From IMG/VR virus record IMGVR_UViG_3300048606_000042, positions 1-24,941 of that record: a stretch of DNA of 24,941 bases; one strand, 5' to 3'. Of the stretch, positions 22,686-24,941 are shown piece by piece. Under the pieces are notes generated by a model, which was given only the letters and a program-made list of their open reading frames with translations, did no database searches and was not told the origin of the DNA. How positions within the stretch are numbered: the stretch's first letter is position 1; each line of letters begins with the position of its first letter. The stretch comes from a virus (lineage: Duplodnaviria > Caudoviricetes). Made by a program: the position numbers and the translations under genes.

Positions 22686-22856
22686 AAGGGGCGGGGGGAG
22701 CGGGGGACCGGGGGAACCCCTCCTCCTACACACATTGGAAAAAACCCTTTCCCTTGTTACCCGCGAGTAGGCGAGCGCGCGAGGCGCGCACACATGCACG
22801 CACGCGGGGGCCGGGCTTTGACCCCCTCCCCCCGGTCCCCCGGTCCCCCCCGCCTT
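22686..22856. repeat. G-run/C-run inverted repeat flanking an A-tract and a purine-pyrimidine core (origin candidate)
   Basis: Left arm AAGGGGCGGGGGGAGCGGGGGACCGGGGG (22686-22714); right arm CCCCCGGTCCCCCGGTCCCCCCCGCCTT (22829-22856). Confidence 0.7.
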
Positions 22857-22861
22857 CCGTC

Positions 22862-22877
22862 TGACAGTCAAGTGTCA
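22862..22877 (-). promoter_or_regulatory. operator-like motif copy (TGACACTTGACTGTCA)
   Basis: Identical to the 9189 copy. Confidence 0.75.
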
Positions 22878-22924
22878 ACGGGGCGAGCGGGCCGAGATGT
22901 CCGCCGAGCCCGTACCATGAGGCC

Positions 22925-23236
22925 ATGACGATCCCGCTCTGGCTCCAGCTCCTGATCTACGCGATGGCGGCGGCGCGCGTCACGGGCCTGATCGTGGCCG
23001 ACTCGATCACCGAGGGCGCGCGAGACTCGCTCACGGCTTGGCTGGATGACAGGCCCCGTACGCTGGGCGCGTTCATCATCGGCGTGATCGAGTGCCCCTG
23101 GTGCGCTGGTATGTGGGTCTCGCTCGTCGCCTCCCCCTTGGTCTGGTTCTGGCACGCGTCGCCCGTCATGCTGATCCCAGCCCTTGCCCTGGCCTTCTCC
23201 CAGGTCATCGGGATGACCGCACCGCTCGGGAGGTAA
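22925..23236 (+). CDS. DUF1360-like membrane protein
   Basis: AAARVTGLIVADSI...IECPWCAGMWV with TM segments; TACCAT -10 lies 6 nt upstream, suggesting a leaderless transcript. Confidence 0.75.
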   Translation: MTIPLWLQLLIYAMAAARVTGLIVADSITEGARDSLTAWLDDRPRTLGAFIIGVIECPWCAGMWVSLVASPLVWFWHASPVMLIPALALAFSQVIGMTAPLGR

Positions 23237-23239
23237 CAG

Positions 23240-24941
23240 GTGGCGCTCCGCAAGCCCAAGCTGGCGCGGCCGGACACGCGCCGTGCGCTGACCGGCGCCA
23301 CGGCGATGGTCACGCTGGACGGGACCTCGTCCTGGAAGACCTGGAAGTTCGGGAACACCGACTGGCAGATTGAGGCGTGGCGGCTCTACGACATCATCCC
23401 GGAGCTTCACAAGCTGTCCGGGCGCATCGGTGACTCACTGGCCCTGGCCCGGATGTACGTGGCCGAGCTGGACGAGCGCGGCGAGGAGATCGGGGAGACC
23501 ACCGACGCGCGGATCTCGGCGCTGGCGGGTATCCCGCTCGGCACCGGCGACCAGCGGGACGACGCGCTCCGGCTGGCCGGGATCGACCTGGCCATCGGCG
23601 GAGAGTGTTGGATCGTCGGTGAGAACGCGGCGGCCAGCCCCGAGAAGGCGGCCGGTGCCTGGTTCGTGGTGACCGGCTCGGCCTTCAAGAAGGTGGGCGA
23701 CCAGGTCAAGGTCAAGCGGCCCAAGATCCTGGGCGGCAAGGACCTGGTCCTGACCGATGGCGTGGACATCCTGATCCGCTGCTGGCGTCCGCACCCCAAC
23801 GACACGGACCAGGCCGACTCGTTCTCGCGCTCGGCCATCGTGCCGTTGCGGGAGATCGAGCTACTGACCAAGCGCGAGTTTGCCGAGCTGGACTCACGGC
23901 TGACCGGCGCCGGGATTATGTTCTTGCCCGAGGGCGTGGACTTCCCCCGCGAGGAGGGCGACCCCGAGGGCCTGGCCGGGTTCATGGCCTACCTCCAGCG
24001 CGCCGCCGCCGCTTCCATGCGTGACCAGTCCACGGCGTCCGCCATGGTGCCGATCATGGCCACCGTGCCGGACCAGGTGCTCCCCGACCTGGACAAGATC
24101 AAGGCTGTGAACTTCTGGTCCGAGCTGTCCGCCGAGATCGGCCCGATGAAAGAGAAGGCCATCCAGCGACTGGCCAGCTCGGCCGAGATCCCCGGCGAGG
24201 TGCTGACCGGGATCGGGGACGCCAACCACTGGACCGCCTGGCTCATCTCGGACGAGGGCATCCGCTGGATCAAGGGCTACCTCAGCCTCGTGGGTGCCGC
24301 GCTCTCGCGCGGGTTCCTCCAGCTCTCGCTCGCATCCATGGGCGTGGCCAACCCCGAGCGGTACGCGTTTGCGTTCGACACGTCCACGCTGGCGGCCAAG
24401 CCCAACCGGCTGGACGACGCGCTCAACCTCCACGATCGGTTCCTGCTCAGCGATGAGGAGACCGTCAAGGCGGGCGCGTTCGACCCGGCCCAGATGCCGA
24501 GCACCACCGAGCGCGCGGCCCAGATCCTCCTCAAGCTGGTTCAGTCTCAGCCCGAGCTGATCCTGGACCCCAAGATCCAGGCGGCGCTCGGTCTGCCCAC
24601 GGTGACCGTGGTCGGCCCAGCGGCGCCGCCAGCGATCGAGGGGGGAAGCCCGAACGACGCTCCCCCCGCCGACGAGCCCGACGGGGACGAGGGCGCGCCG
24701 AACGGTGGCGACGCACCGGCTCAACCGGACCCGAGCGAGAGTGCCGCGCTGGCCCAGGCGCTCGCCGTGCGCGTGCGGGAGCTGGCCGCGATCGAGGCCG
24801 CGCCGCCGAGCCCGGAGCGTGTGTTCAACGCGGCGGCCAAGCTGACCGTGTTGCGCGCCCTGGAGCTGGCGGGCGGACGGCTGGCTACCCCGGCCGAGCG
24901 GGCCGGTCGCTGGCGCGAGGTGCCGCGCCACGAACTCCACC
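23240..24941 (+). CDS. portal protein (runs off window end)
   Basis: GGGAGG RBS, GTG 23240 and no stop to the end of the window. WQIEAWRLYDIIPELH, WRPHP..QADS, SRLTGAGIMFLP, ANHWTAW and RALELAG are typical of actinophage (cluster-B-like) portals. Confidence 0.85.
   Translation, partial: MALRKPKLARPDTRRALTGATAMVTLDGTSSWKTWKFGNTDWQIEAWRLYDIIPELHKLSGRIGDSLALARMYVAELDERGEEIGETTDARISALAGIPLGTGDQRDDALRLAGIDLAIGGECWIVGENAAASPEKAAGAWFVVTGSAFKKVGDQVKVKRPKILGGKDLVLTDGVDILIRCWRPHPNDTDQADSFSRSAIVPLREIELLTKREFAELDSRLTGAGIMFLPEGVDFPREEGDPEGLAGFMAYLQRAAAASMRDQSTASAMVPIMATVPDQVLPDLDKIKAVNFWSELSAEIGPMKEKAIQRLASSAEIPGEVLTGIGDANHWTAWLISDEGIRWIKGYLSLVGAALSRGFLQLSLASMGVANPERYAFAFDTSTLAAKPNRLDDALNLHDRFLLSDEETVKAGAFDPAQMPSTTERAAQILLKLVQSQPELILDPKIQAALGLPTVTVVGPAAPPAIEGGSPNDAPPADEPDGDEGAPNGGDAPAQPDPSESAALAQALAVRVRELAAIEAAPPSPERVFNAAAKLTVLRALELAGGRLATPAERAGRWREVPRHELH

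Noticed and set aside
2549-22877. CRISPR array or att sites from the repeated 16-bp motif
   Set aside because: Copies are kilobases apart, in both orientations, with no spacers; no cas or integrase gene is in the window.
22577-22928. Short ORFs over the G/C-run inverted repeat
   Set aside because: They are G/P/R-rich translations of repeats with atypical codon use and no RBS.

Overview
This is a high-GC actinobacteriophage or prophage segment. The portal, DUF1360-like, RuvC and terminase genes resemble those of cluster-B-type actinophages; the host cannot be determined from this window. From left to right it carries four blocks. (1) A recombination/replication module: RuvC-like resolvase, YqaJ exonuclease, two paralogous OB-fold-like proteins, an SF2 helicase and a 1402-aa primase-helicase-exonuclease-PolA fusion with non-canonical motifs A and B. 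(2) Two cell-surface or secreted genes, then the small and large terminase. (3) About 8 kb of small accessory genes containing the endolysin-holin cassette and several micro-ORFs missing from the ORF track. (4) An HNH gene, a G/C-run inverted-repeat element (origin candidate), DUF1360-like and a truncated portal. The non-coding signals are rich: a dispersed 16-bp operator-like motif (TGACACTTRACYGTCA) tied to about 10 near-consensus promoters, a ~320-nt structured RNA containing an anticodon-less tRNA mimic upstream of the SSB-like gene, and a double-pseudoknot-capable RNA upstream of the small terminase. All calls come from motif reading by eye; no database search was run.
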